Of a stretch of DNA of 20,000 bases, positions 9,243 through 20,000 are shown in pieces (the stretch's first letter is position 1; every line of letters begins with the position of its first letter). The position numbers were made by a program, and so were the translations under genes. The notes under the pieces were generated by a model that saw only the letters and a program-made list of their open reading frames with translations, was not told the DNA's origin and made no database searches. This stretch comes from Spirogloea muscicola. Lineage: Eukaryota. The stretch spans positions 363,918 to 383,917 of the forward strand of contig WELB01000008.1 of NCBI GenBank assembly GCA_009602725.1, written 5' to 3'.

Positions 9243-11323
9243 GCTCGCCGCCGAGGTCGGCGGCTACGCGGCGGCGCTCCAGCGCGCCTTCGACGCCGCC
9301 GCCGCCGCCGCCGGAAGCGGCCCGGCCGGCGTGCGCGTGGACGTCACCGGTGAGGCCCGGCCTGGCGCAGCCCGGCGAAGCCCGAGATCAGGTTCAGGGT
9401 TTAAGGGGTTTAGGGGTATTACGGTTCAGGCTTTGGGCAGCTGAGCAACGCCTCAGGATCTTCCGGTGATTCTGATATGGTGACACAGAGGGCCGCCACC
9501 GTCCCCAGGCTTCGACGCCAAGGCGCAGGAGTACCCGCCGCAGGCGGCCGCCGGCTATGACGGCGTACTGGTCACGGGCTCCCTCAGCGGCGTGTACGAC
9601 CGGGAGCCCTGGATCGCCAGACTGCTCAAGGTGCTCAGGCAGAATTCCGGGCCACCTCTCATATGCCACTGCAGGCTGGAGCTCGCTGCGCAAGGCTAGA
9701 ATGAAATCTTGAGCTCTGGTGCCGGCCATAGAACCTTGAGTGTGTACTTACCGTCCCTGTTTTACTAATGAGAAATAGTGCCTTACCCTGAAAGACACAA
9801 CCCTAAAAGACTGGACCTAGGACCCGCATTTCTGAGAATTAATCTACCACTGCTGGCGCACACATCCATGATGCCCAAACCCAGTCTGCAGTTGCTGCAT
9901 GGAGGGTTCGCCTGCCTCGTGCCCTCTTGTGTGTACATTGCGTGATTGATCTGAGGCCTAGATGCAATCAGGACCACCATTGTGATGCTGAAAGGAGGCT
10001 TGATGTAAGGCATGCAGGAGCTGAAGGAGTACCACCAGGATGGCGTAAAGCAGGTCGGCATCAGCTTCGGGCACCAGGCCATTGCACAGGCCCTCGGCGG
10101 CCTCGTCGAACGGAATCCCAAGGCAAGGTTTTTGCCTTCAGACTTCATTGGCAGCCTTCAATGGCCGACTACACCAGTTGGATTTGTATTGCACCTGGCT
10201 ACTACTGTGGACTCTGGCAACTTGACTGCAGGCAGCCCAACTGATGGAGAGATTGGGGGCAGGCCACCTGCAGGGCTCAGAGGTGGGCGTCAGAAATGTG
10301 CAACTGACGGAGTATGGCAAGGAGTACTTGGGCACCGTACGAGAGGGCTTCTCACTGCAGTATCACCACAATGACGCCATTGCCCGGCTGCCGCCCTGCC
10401 TGCGGTCACTTGCTGGCAACAACGTCACGCAGTTTCAGAGCCTGGTCTGCTCCCTCAGTCCTGCTTCACTTCAGTGCCAGTGACTGGCACCCATTTGGGT
10501 AAACTGAATGAGCATGACCTTAAGTGAGATGAGACCCACGCTAGAATCAAGAGACAAATTATATTCAATGCCCCAAATGTAATTGAAGATCGAGTGTAAT
10601 CTCTACACTCACCAGTCACATCCGTACGGCTGTGGCTTGGCAGGCAGGCAAGAATGTCCTTACATTCTGCGGGTGAGCCGCCTCCTCAGCTCGACTTTGG
10701 CAGGCTCTCCTCATTGCAAGCTCCCAGCCATATCCACAAGTGATTGCTGTCCCCGCCGCCACCTCTGTAGCCGCCGCCGCCACTGTAGCCGCCGCTGCCT
10801 CAGTCGCTGTTGCCGTCACCGTCGTCCATGGCAACCACACAACCACACCAATGGAGCCCAGCCGATTGACATACTGTGCTCACTTTGGGAGGCTTGAAAG
10901 GTTGCTCGACTGTGCACATTGCTAGTGCTGTGCCTTAGGCAGCACAATCAAGGGTTCTCTGCTGCCAGTATTTGCCATCAGTGCCAATGTCGAGTCGTCA
11001 TCAGGCGCTGCAGGCCCCACAGGAGGCAGATTGCCAATTCCTCCATAGGAGCACGAGCACTGGTTCCCTATTGGCCTTGCTTCCTGACTGGCCTTACAGC
11101 GACGCCTTCGCTTCTGCAACTTTCGTGCAGGCACCCTGACTATGCGCACGACCCCAAACTGCTCGCCGCTCTCCTGGAGCTAGATCGCGAGATGCTGTGG
11201 GTGCCGGAGCAACTCATTGAGCTCACGCTCCCCAGACTGCATGAGCCCACGGACTACATCTGGGTAACGCAGCAAATGGTGCGGTTCTACCTGGGCGAGT
11301 TCGACCACAAGGACCAAAACTGA
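9243..11323 (+). CDS. Class I glutamine amidotransferase-like protein (GAT1/gamma-glutamyl peptidase-like family) with an altered catalytic triad; start in the gap
   Basis: Exons 9243-9349, 9509-9630, 10018-10122, 10274-10444, 10644-10672 (29-nt exon, less certain) and 11131-11323. Motifs are YDGVLVTGS..VYDREPWI, VGISFGHQAIAQALGG.VERNPKGSEVG, HNDAIARLP and NVLTFCGHPDY. Confidence 0.85.
9388..9437 (+). repeat. Degenerate TTTAGGG-like tract in the first visible intron of the GATase-like gene
   Basis: GGTTCAGGGTTTAAGGGGTTTAGGGGTATTACGGTTCAGG. Confidence 0.6.
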
Positions 11324-12298
11324 GGCTTGCGAAAGCGCCTGCTGCAGGCCTTCCCTGGCAGCCTGCATGCGTCAAAGTGAAAGCCGCAGGGGAGCATCGA
11401 TAGAATGTAGAGGCAACTGTAGTGGAGGAGGCCTGCGTAACGAGGAAGGGATTGATCACCTAATGCACGATCAGTCTTCGCGGCTACATAGATGTGAATG
11501 GTAAAAAAAGTAACAACTTGTAAATCTTTATTAGCAAGTGTTCCTGAATGGATGAATTAAACAGATCGTTAGGAAGAGATTGAATTATATTCAGGCTAGA
11601 ATATCCTTCCTCTGTGTAAATTCTTATAAATGACAATTGATAGGATAGCTTCCAGGCAGGGGTTGTTATTTCATATCCTTGTCATGCTTTCTGAAGAACC
11701 CTTTACCTCTTCGTCCACTATAATACCATCTTAGCTGCAGCTCCTGGGTCAGGTTTCTGGTCTAGCCAGGCACAGCTGTGGCCACTGCTGCGGAGACCTC
11801 TCTCGAAGCACTGCGGATGTCTCTCGAAGCTTTGCCATCCTCAAAAGGCGGGTCCTCCTTTTTAGTCATGCTAAGCAACAGACGCTTAGTCTGAACGAGT
11901 TGCTGCAAGAGCCTGCACACAGATACCGGCCCTGCATGTATAGAGTAAAGTGGGGTCCAATGCATCCCGTCACTAAACAAACGAGTGGACAGGCTGCTGG
12001 ACAGGCTGTCTTAATGAGTCTAATTGCTGACTTCAATTTAGTCCCCATCACGTGAATGGAAGCCCACTTCACATGCATGGAGATGCTCCAAGAATTGACT
12101 GTCCCGAAGGGCTTTCAAGGACTGAGATCAGCTAAGCTCTGTATACAATACTAGCAGATTGTGGCTAGATTGTCAAAGATCTGGCCAGTAAAGCATCCAA
12201 TTCAAGCTGGCTACTTAGAGGAGCTACAACCTCTATTTACAATTGCAATTTTGATTGCTGGAAATAGCAGCAGGCAGGCGCTATGATCAGTATCAGCA

Positions 12299-15200
12299 TT
12301 AGGACTGCACTAGCATCCGAGACAAATGGTCGAGTACTCTTGCGGCCGTCACCCTGGCGCCCATGAGGACTAGTGGGACGCCATTGCCGGGTCGTGAAGA
12401 CGCTCCTACAAAGAACAAGCCACGTATTGCGTGGTCCTCGTTGCCTGGCCGGAAATACGCTAGCTGGGAGAGGCCATGAGATAGGCCGAAGGCCGCACCA
12501 TGCTGCAGGTTGTACGCATCCCGCCACTGTGGTGGCGCTATCACAAACTCAGACACAATGTGGTCCTTGACATTGCCTACTCCTTCCTCTTGTAACCTGC
12601 ACAGGGATGCCAGTTGCTGCGGGGTGAAAAGGACAGCCCAGTGCTATCGCTACACGTGCCCTCATGCATTGTCCTGCAAGAGTCGAGCTGAATGGTCGCA
12701 ATATCCCACAACAGGGCTTTGCTGGCTTTGCTGCTAATGCAGTATGGTAATTGCAAGGCCCTATATCTCTGCAGGCAAGCTAGAGAGATAGTCCTGGGAG
12801 CTGTACTACTACCCTGCTGCAGCAATGTCGGTGAGCCCTACTCAGTCTACTGGAACAGCGCCCTCGCGGAGCTCATGGAGAGCAAGGACGGCTGACCTTT
12901 GGAGCACCTTGGACCTCGCAGCCGAAACAAGAGCTTCCCATTGAGCATCCGCGTCAATGGCACTGCCGGCTACCATCTGGCCGAGGTTGGCCACCGGCAG
13001 CAGCACTGTAATTGCATCACATCCTGCACAAAGGGAAGACCACCTTTGACGATCTGCAGCCACATTCTCAGCCTGGAGAAGCTGCAGGGGCACATTGGGA
13101 CTGTGGGATGTGAACCTGCAGGTGCAGCAGAGCTGTCTGTCCTCTGCGGCGCGTGGACGTAGAAGTTGGGCCGTGCCACCAGGCTCTGGGGCCCAGTGGC
13201 ACGAGCCCAGCTCCTTTCAGCGTCGTCCGAGAGGAACACATTGTGGTGGGCAAGCGCTGGCAGGTGTGTGTCAAGCGCCCAGTTAAATGAAACTATGCCC
13301 GCGCTGCTCCAACACTCAGGCAGGTTATGTCATGCATTGCTGTCAGGGCTGTACCATTGTGGACTCAGGTGTCAATCACGTGTCAGCTTGAGCAACACGC
13401 TTGTATGCAAATCCCTTCAACACTTGACATATAAGAACCTTGCAAAGCACCAAGTGATTGCAGATAGCAGCACTGACTTGTTGAGAACGCAGAGAAGTGC
13501 AAAATACGTCAATTGGCGACGGAAGCAAAGCAGATTACAAGGTCGTGCTTTACAGACAGGCGTCAAGCTAGAGCTGCACCTGTACTCCATCTTGTCCAGT
13601 CGGGCCACCTGCCTCTGAGCCTGCAGTCCTGCCAAGCATACGCTCCTACTTATATCAGATTGTTGTACTCAAAGCAAGACTAGAAGTCATAGCTTTTGCA
13701 CAGCCCATAGTCTGGCCTCACGTGGACGCTTGGTCACATATGCTCTGTTCGTCATCTCGGCTATCAATCATCAGGTGCTCCCAGGATTATGGAAAGCTGG
13801 TATGCTGACTTCACCTGGGACCAGCTGACTGTATGCGTAAGGTAGGTCAGCATTTGCCACAACGACATCTGCAGCAATTGTTGACCTGTCCTGCAACGTC
13901 ACTCCAGACACCTGTGTCACACAAGCTCATGGTCAAGAACCTGAGTCTCTCATATATCTGTTCAACATGCTATCCTAAAATACTCACACGTGTTCTCGTT
14001 TTGTGAAGCAATCTAATGTGAAGCAATTGGCGAGATTATGGTAACAGCCATGACTGCAACTCCCAGTGGTCAGCATAAAAAGCAAAACTTTCAAAGGGTT
14101 CCTTTTACTGGTTCGCGGACCATCAAACCTTTCTGTTGCATTCATTGATTGCCTGCACCTCCGCTGACATGCGAACATCCACACAATTCTTGACAGCGGT
14201 GCTAAACAAGGCATCTTGAATTTTCTGGAAGCCGCCAACTGGATACCACACGCCGTCCGTGATTTCTGTTGCGGCAAGGAGACTGAAGACACCTGGTGCG
14301 TGGTAAGGCGTCAGGCCAACATACAAGTCCTGCAGAGAGACGCCCAGCTCCGATGCATAGCTAGAATAAGCTGATTGTAATGATCAAGAAGGGCACAGAT
14401 GTTGCTATGTCAATGTCTCTATATATATTAGTTGCAGCAAATGGATGTGCTCCTATACGTGCAAAGCAGCGTGGAATAGACACTGGCATTCTTCATTTGT
14501 GCACATCTCCAACACACATAAGCAGGAGCTTATGACTCAATAGAGGGCTTCAGAGGACTTCATCTAGCTCAACATGAACAGCTAACGAAGCCAGCAGCTA
14601 TCCAGAACAATCTAGTTGCAATTGGAACTTGTACATACTAGGACTACAAGTTCTGACAAAGGGAAGGTGCAATTGCACACAAGTAGCATGCCATGCATGT
14701 ATGAGCCACCTGGAAAGTGAAGAGGGCCTGCAGCCGAGGATCCTTGAAATAGGTGGCCATGCGGGCATGGTGCTGCCCTAGGAGCTCAAAAGGGGACACT
14801 TTGCTCAAGAGGGGCAGCAGGCGTGGCAAGTTGGCATAGTCCCAAAAGCTCCGGAAGTCGCGCTCGATGAAATTCTCCGTGCCCTGATGGAGACGTACTT
14901 ATGTAGTCAACAGCAGCACCTGGGCTGAAAAAGGCGAAGCCATGTGCCCTGCTAATAACTTGCAGTAGATGAATCAAGCAACCCCGGCCAATTGCTGGCA
15001 GCTGAATGGACTCGGTCTCGGACTCACTAACAATAGACGGCCGGGATTTAGGTTTCAGGTTTAAGGTTTAGGTTCTAGGGTTAGGGTGAAGAGTTCAGGC
15101 GCAGCTAGCTCCGCTAGTGAGCCTGACTACAGGTCAGACTTACCTAGAACTTAATCAGCCGTGCAAACAAAGTGCCTGTATCTTAGTTATCTCTGCAGTC

Positions 15201-16332
15201 CCTGGTATCTGCCGCAATGATGAGGCCTTTACCCTACTCCAGTCACCTTAACGAGGGCCTCACGGGCGTTGGCCAAAAAGCGCAGGTACGCGCTGGAGCA
15301 CCCCGGCTCGATGCGCTCGAGCTGCTCAGCCATGCGCTGCACGTCGTAGAGCAGGTCCACAGCAAGCGGCGGCCCCCACGGCCCTCGTGCGAAGAAGACG
15401 CGGTATGCTGCTGGCTCAACCCTGCGCAGCTCCACATGCTCGTCCAAATCCTCACCTGCGAAAGCAGGTACGCACAGCAAGGAAAACTGAGGATGAGAGC
15501 TTCACAATGTGAGGACTTTTCTTAAGTGTGCTTAAGGCCACAAGGGCTGCTAGGCTTTCCAAGTGACTTATCATTCTGTGACGAGGGTAAGGCCCAGGTT
15601 GCAGGGATGGGGGAAGTCTGACCGTGAACTGCAGATGCAGGCTCGCCCCCAGCAACACGATCAAAATACGAGGATCCGGCGTGCCTATTCTCGAGCTTTA
15701 AGGAGGGTATGAAATGTGGATGCGTGATGTGTGTGTGTGGGATGGCTGACGATGCTATGGGGCTGAGCACACATGAAGCTGCGTGGCCTTGCGCAAGGGG
15801 GGTAAGGCGGCAGCCCGGGCGTACGTTGGCTTTAGAGCGGAGGTTAATGGCGGCGCTGACCGAGGTCGGCGAAGGCCTCCCGGCACTTGTTGGGCATCAG
15901 CAGAAGGCTGGGCCCAGTGTCGAAGCGGAACCGCCTTTGGCCTATAGTGGCCTCCGCTGCCGTCTCCGCCAGCGGCCCATCAATGGCGGCATCAGCGCCG
16001 CCACGACCATCTAACTCAACGAGCACCGACTGCAGTCGGCCGCCGGGCCGGGCGTTCTTCTCCAGGACCGTTACGGCGTGGCCCGCCTTGGCCAGCAGCC
16101 CGGCGACGGCCAGGCCGCCGACGCCAGCGCCCACGACGGCCACCTTGCAACGTCGGTTGGTTTGGGTCTCCGCTGGAGATCCATTGCCAGCTGCAGTGGC
16201 GTCCGCCCTGACTTGCCGACGACGTCCACACTCCTTTGAGACGAGCCTCGACGTGCCTGCGATGCCGGCGAAACCACAGCCTCCACTTGCAGCCGCCAAG
16301 CCCGCCGCCAGCACTGCCGCAGCTGCCGCCAT
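12299..16332 (-). CDS. crtI: CrtI-family (bacterial/fungal-type) phytoene desaturase-like FAD oxidoreductase with a putative plastid transit peptide
   Basis: 9 phase-consistent exons: 16332-15861, 15455-15247, 14883-14710, 14329-14129, 13911-13815, 13628-13580, 13303-13116, 13023-12897, 12596-12299 (1815 nt, 604 aa). Motifs are VVGAGVGGLAVA..LEKN..PGGR, FRFDTGPSLLLMP, FTFQDLYVGLTPY.APG, GVWYPVGG, VVVANADLPYAY, HHNVF, NFYVHAP.RTD, GAAFGLSH and LFFVGASSRPGNGVPLV. An Ala/Gly/Arg-rich extension of about 60 aa precedes the FAD motif. Confidence 0.88.
15043..15087 (+). repeat. Degenerate telomere-like heptamer tract in crtI intron 2
   Basis: GGGATTTAGGTTTCAGGTTTAAGGTTTAGGTTCTAGGGTTAGGGT, with a period of 6-7 nt. 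Confidence 0.7.
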
Positions 16333-17179
16333 TTGCCGGAGCCGGAGCGCTACATTCTGAAGTGCAGCAGTCGTTGGCCACTGGCAAGGTTCTCGGCTGC
16401 AGCCTTTACTGCCAGAGCCTACACTGACTTCTATGGTCTGTCTCGACCAGACCTTATGTCTCCGTGATTTGTGATATTGACTTTTAAATTTGAAGTCAGC
16501 ACCCCATTCATTCTTTTTGTGGGCTGGCCAAATACAGCCATCGCCCTCTACTTCAGGAGTCATTCTTCTTACCCTACTGGCAAGGGAAGGCGAAGGCTCT
16601 CAAGCAAGTGACAACAATCGCCACACACAGACGCCAAACTTGACGTCTTGCACTCCCGGAGACGCTCAGAATTAGCTTTGGCGAGTGTGTGCAATTGGAT
16701 CAGGCTTGCAGTGCTTGGCTTTGATTTTAGTGCGAAGAGAAAGACTTGAGATGTCCTGTGAATCGAGAGTCAAATGATAGGAACTGACACAAAAAACAGA
16801 GGCTCAGGTCTCAGTGTCTGCAGCAGCAGAATCCCGCCCACCGTGTCCTTGGCCGGCAAGAGGTGAGCGTCCACCTCCGCTGGCCTGCATGGCACACGGC
16901 TCGCGTGCGACTGGCTCGCTGATGGAAAGCCAGCCATCAGATCGGCCTGCTGCAACACACTGCAGGGCCTGAGGACGTGACCGAGCTCCTCGATGCAATG
17001 CATTTGCCTGGGACCAGTTGCGTTGCCCGACCAAGATGCAAGCCGTCTGCTCACTCCCAGCGCCCTACGCATTGCGCCACAAGCATCGCCAAGCTTGAGA
17101 ACCAGTGATCATGCAATGCTGCCATCAACAAGGGCAGCATCTGGGGCCTTCGCGGCCTCAGTCTCGACAACCACCGGCC

Positions 17180-17211
17180 ATGGCCCCCGACTTCAATGGC
17201 CCCCGACTTCA
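17180..17211. repeat. Perfect 16-bp tandem duplication overlapping the SKL2 stop codon
   Basis: ATGGCCCCCGACTTCA at 17180-17195 and 17196-17211. Confidence 0.85.
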
Positions 17212-20000
17212 CGGTGCAAGCTGCGCAGTGGGAAGTTCGCTGCCGTCCCCCGTAGCCCTCCAGCCTGGTGGCATCAGGTTGGGCCAGTCTCCACGGCAGC
17301 CCAGGCGCACGTACAAGCTCTTCTTCCCTGCCCAGAAAGAGTCAAGTGGACGGTCAAGAACATGGACAAGCGCAAGCATCTGTTCAGGCTTTCGTTCCAG
17401 AGTCTGGCATCAGCTTGTCTGAAGTTGACATTGACTGTAGTCATGGCATGGGGCTGGCAAGAGAGAGCCGGCCAGCGCTGCCGCACAGGCTCATCAATAT
17501 TCCCTGCACTTCCTCCTCCTTTCTGCACTTCCTGCAGGTAATGAAGACCCCGACCATGAAGCCCGCAATTAACTCTTCACCTTTAAGCCCCACACCTGGC
17601 TTTCACTCTTACATTTGCTTGAACCCTTAACGAACCCTGCAGAAACAGAGGGGGCCGGAGGAGGAGAAGAAGAGAAGGGTGGATGGGAGAATTGCTGGAG
17701 AAGAAAGAGTGCCCACCAATGAGGTCCGCGTCACTGTCTGCCAGCCCCTTGATGGCCTTGAGCACGGCCTCCGCAGCCAGCCGCGCCCCTCCCTCTTCGT
17801 GCCAGCTGCCCTGCACAGCGACCCTTACATCGGCCCTGGAGTAGAGACCGACTGGATCCTCGCCACCTCTGGCGGATCCAGCGTGCACTCCCCCATCGCT
17901 GAGCTCAGTACCATTGCCAAAGGCAGACAAGCAATCGAGGTGGACGCAGACGCCAGCTTGCAAGTGGCGCCATCCGCCTGTACTGGATGCAGCGCCGCGC
18001 TCACTACCCATGGTGGCCACTACGCATCGCACGTGCCTGGGGGCAGGCGAGAGAGGAGCAATCGCCACGTCATGGTGGGCCGCCGTAGCAGAGCTTCCAC
18101 CACATACAATCAGCAGTAGTGTGATGGCGAAGAAGGCAGCAAAGGCCGGAGTACGAACAATGTCAAGCCCTCCAGGACAGCAGCCTCCATACGGGCCAGC
18201 TCAGCGGCCCCCTCCTCAGCTGCCACTGCGTAGCAAGCGCAGGGTGACCCCAGATTTAGCCATCATGGCACACACCAGGCAAATGTCAAGAGGCTGCAGC
18301 CTGGGGCCCCACGCAGCAGTGGCCTTGTCAGACTTCAGCACCACCAAAGTGTGCAGAAAGAATACTTATTGAGAGAGGGGCACATGATGGATTGGATCCT
18401 ACATGGTTTTGGGCTTTTGCATTCTGCGCTCTACTTCGATTCCGCGATCTTGAATAAGATATGGTGAATGTAGGAGTAGGGAGCGGCGGTGACGGAGTGG
18501 GAGAGAAGCGTGCCATGAGCGGGGACGCCTGCGGCTTGCTCCACGAGCTCCTCTGTTCTCAGCGGCACATATCTGAGGAGCCAAACATGTGTCAAGTGGG
18601 CTTCAGTGCAAGATCTTGGTTGCACTACCGACATTGTTGTGGCTACTGCCCTACTTGCTCATCTCAACCTGAATCTTGAGCATCTCTGTACTGAAAAGCT
18701 GTTTTCCACTCTCACAGTCCCCAAGCTCAACCTTGACGATTGACAGACACAGCTTACGAAGCTCTACACGTTACATCTAACCATTAGGCCCTGGACCTTT
18801 GAAGATGCAGGTGCAGGCCAAGGGGGCGCAACTGGAGGCCGCCGGCGAGCTCGCAAGCAACTGCCCAGCTGGCTGCACTATCAGCGCCGACGATGTAGAT
18901 TGAGGTGCCGGCTAGCGTGCGCCCCACGCCACGAACTAGAGCCGCCCACTCCTGCACCAGCGCCGGCCATGGCTTGCCGGGGTGCACCTTTCGGAGGCTC
19001 ACCACCACCTCGCCGTCGTCCTCGTCAAGGAACCTAAGCGTCGCGGCAGAGCAGCCAGGGTGCACCACACGCTGGCTTGGTTCGGCTGCAGCGTGGAGGC
19101 TGCAAGCCTTGACCCTAAGCGAACCCTTAATCGCAATCTGGACCATAAGTCCTTATACCTAGAACCCAGAAAGATCACCCTGGTCGCTAAGTATTGAGCA
19201 CAAATGCTGAAGCGAGACCCCAGTAACACGGGGCCGGAGGGTTACGGTTAAGGGAATTTGGGAGTCAGGGTACAGGGTTCAGGGTACAGGGTTTAAGTGG
19301 ACGTCATGACAGCCTCACCACACTGTCTCAGCAGGCAGGACGCGATCGTAGAGTGGCCGCGCCACGAGCAGTGGCAGGGGAAACCCCTGCGCCGGAGCAC
19401 CGCCGGCGCCGTCGCCCCCACCACTGTCTGCTGGCGGTGCCGCGGCGACGATGAGGGAGTCGTCCTGGGTGTCCACCGCCACGCGGCAGCGCGCCATGTC
19501 GGCCGGCAGCCTCACGCGCACCTCCACCTCCCCATGCTCGTCCAGGAACTGCAGCAGCAGCGCCCGCCAGCCAGAGGCGTGCACGGGCTGAGCAAGCGGC
19601 AGCAGGACGGGAGCCGGGCCTCCTCACCCGGAAAATCGGCCATGGCGAGGCTGCCATGCGAGGACTTCAGTTGGCTAGAGCCTCAGCGCTAAGGCAGCGC
19701 AGCAGCTTGCGCGGCAGCGCCAGGGCCAGGCTAACCTCGTACTTGGCGCTGGCGGCGTTGGCACCATCCACGCCACCTGAGGCGGCGGCGGTGGCGGCGG
19801 CGGCGGCGGCGGCGGTAGAGACAGCAAAGGCAGCCGTCGTGGCTGCGAGCCTGCCGACCGCCAAGACCGCCGTCGCCCCGGGACTCCGGCAGCGAGGCCG
19901 TGCCTGGAGCGCGGTGCCCGGGAGCTGTGGAGCTGGAGGCAGCGCCGTCCTGGTGGCAGTCGGGCGGGCGGCCGCGGCGGCGGCACCGCCGGCGGCAGCG
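17209..20000 (-). CDS. SKL2: Shikimate kinase-like 2 (CS/p23-like domain plus inactive shikimate kinase fold, plastid-type); start beyond the right edge
   Basis: Exons 20000-19736, 19548-19319, 19033-18833, 18572-18514, 18225-18159, 18036-17717, 17327-17209. Motifs are YEF....EVEVRV.L, LYDRV.PAETVWFLDED, GTSIYIVG, YVPL, HVRCVVATMG, WRHLQAG, YSRADV and the diagnostic C-terminal GKKSLYVRLGCRGDWPN..PPGW. Confidence 0.92.
19239..19297 (+). repeat. Degenerate telomere-like heptamer tract in SKL2 intron 2
   Basis: GGGTTACGGTTAAGGG...TCAGGGTACAGGGTTCAGGGTACAGGGTTTAAG. Oppositely oriented C-rich units (ACCCTAA, AACCCTT, AACCCAG) lie at about 19110-19170 in the same intron. Confidence 0.65.

Noticed and set aside
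8388..9444. Long ORFs of 307 and 321 aa in the track
   Set aside because: Artefacts of translating through the N gap.
10740..10925. Ala/Val/Thr-rich ORFs in the last GATase intron
   Set aside because: Low-complexity GCC-type repeat sequence inside an intron. The flanking exons join in frame without it.
16510..16529. ATTCTTTTTGTGGGCTGGCC resembling the retroelement 3' UTR hairpin motif
   Set aside because: Only about 18 nt of partly low-complexity similarity and no complementary arm, so likely chance.
12299..20000. crtI and SKL2 as a plastid or carotenoid gene cluster
   Set aside because: Adjacency of two plastid-type genes is common by chance, and no other carotenoid enzyme is in the window.
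1..20000. CRISPR array or prokaryotic operon/defence system
   Set aside because: There are no regularly spaced repeat-spacer units, and all host genes carry spliceosomal introns.

Overview
Intron-rich eukaryotic DNA. The land-plant-like SEC15 and SKL2 sequences and GC-rich first exons suggest a streptophyte green alga (inference). I reconstructed five spliced protein-coding genes by hand from splice sites, frame continuity and remembered family motifs. (1) The 5' part of a pentameric ligand-gated ion channel-like gene (- strand, runs off the left edge). (2) Exocyst subunit SEC15 (-, 14 visible exons, start in the N gap). (3) A class I glutamine amidotransferase-like gene (+, start in the gap) whose Cys-His-Glu triad reads Ser-His-Asp. 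(4) A bacterial/fungal-type CrtI-family phytoene desaturase with a transit-peptide-like N-terminus (-, 9 exons, about 604 aa). (5) Shikimate kinase-like 2 (-, 7 visible exons, start beyond the right edge). Two head-to-tail, 5'-truncated, diverged copies of a CRE-like restriction-endonuclease (RLE) non-LTR retrotransposon lie at about 1214-2640, next to a B-box hairpin. Other patterns are three inferred GC-AG introns, degenerate telomere-like tracts in 5' introns, an 18-bp perfect inverted repeat and short tandem duplications. No database searches were run, so all family calls rest on motif recognition.
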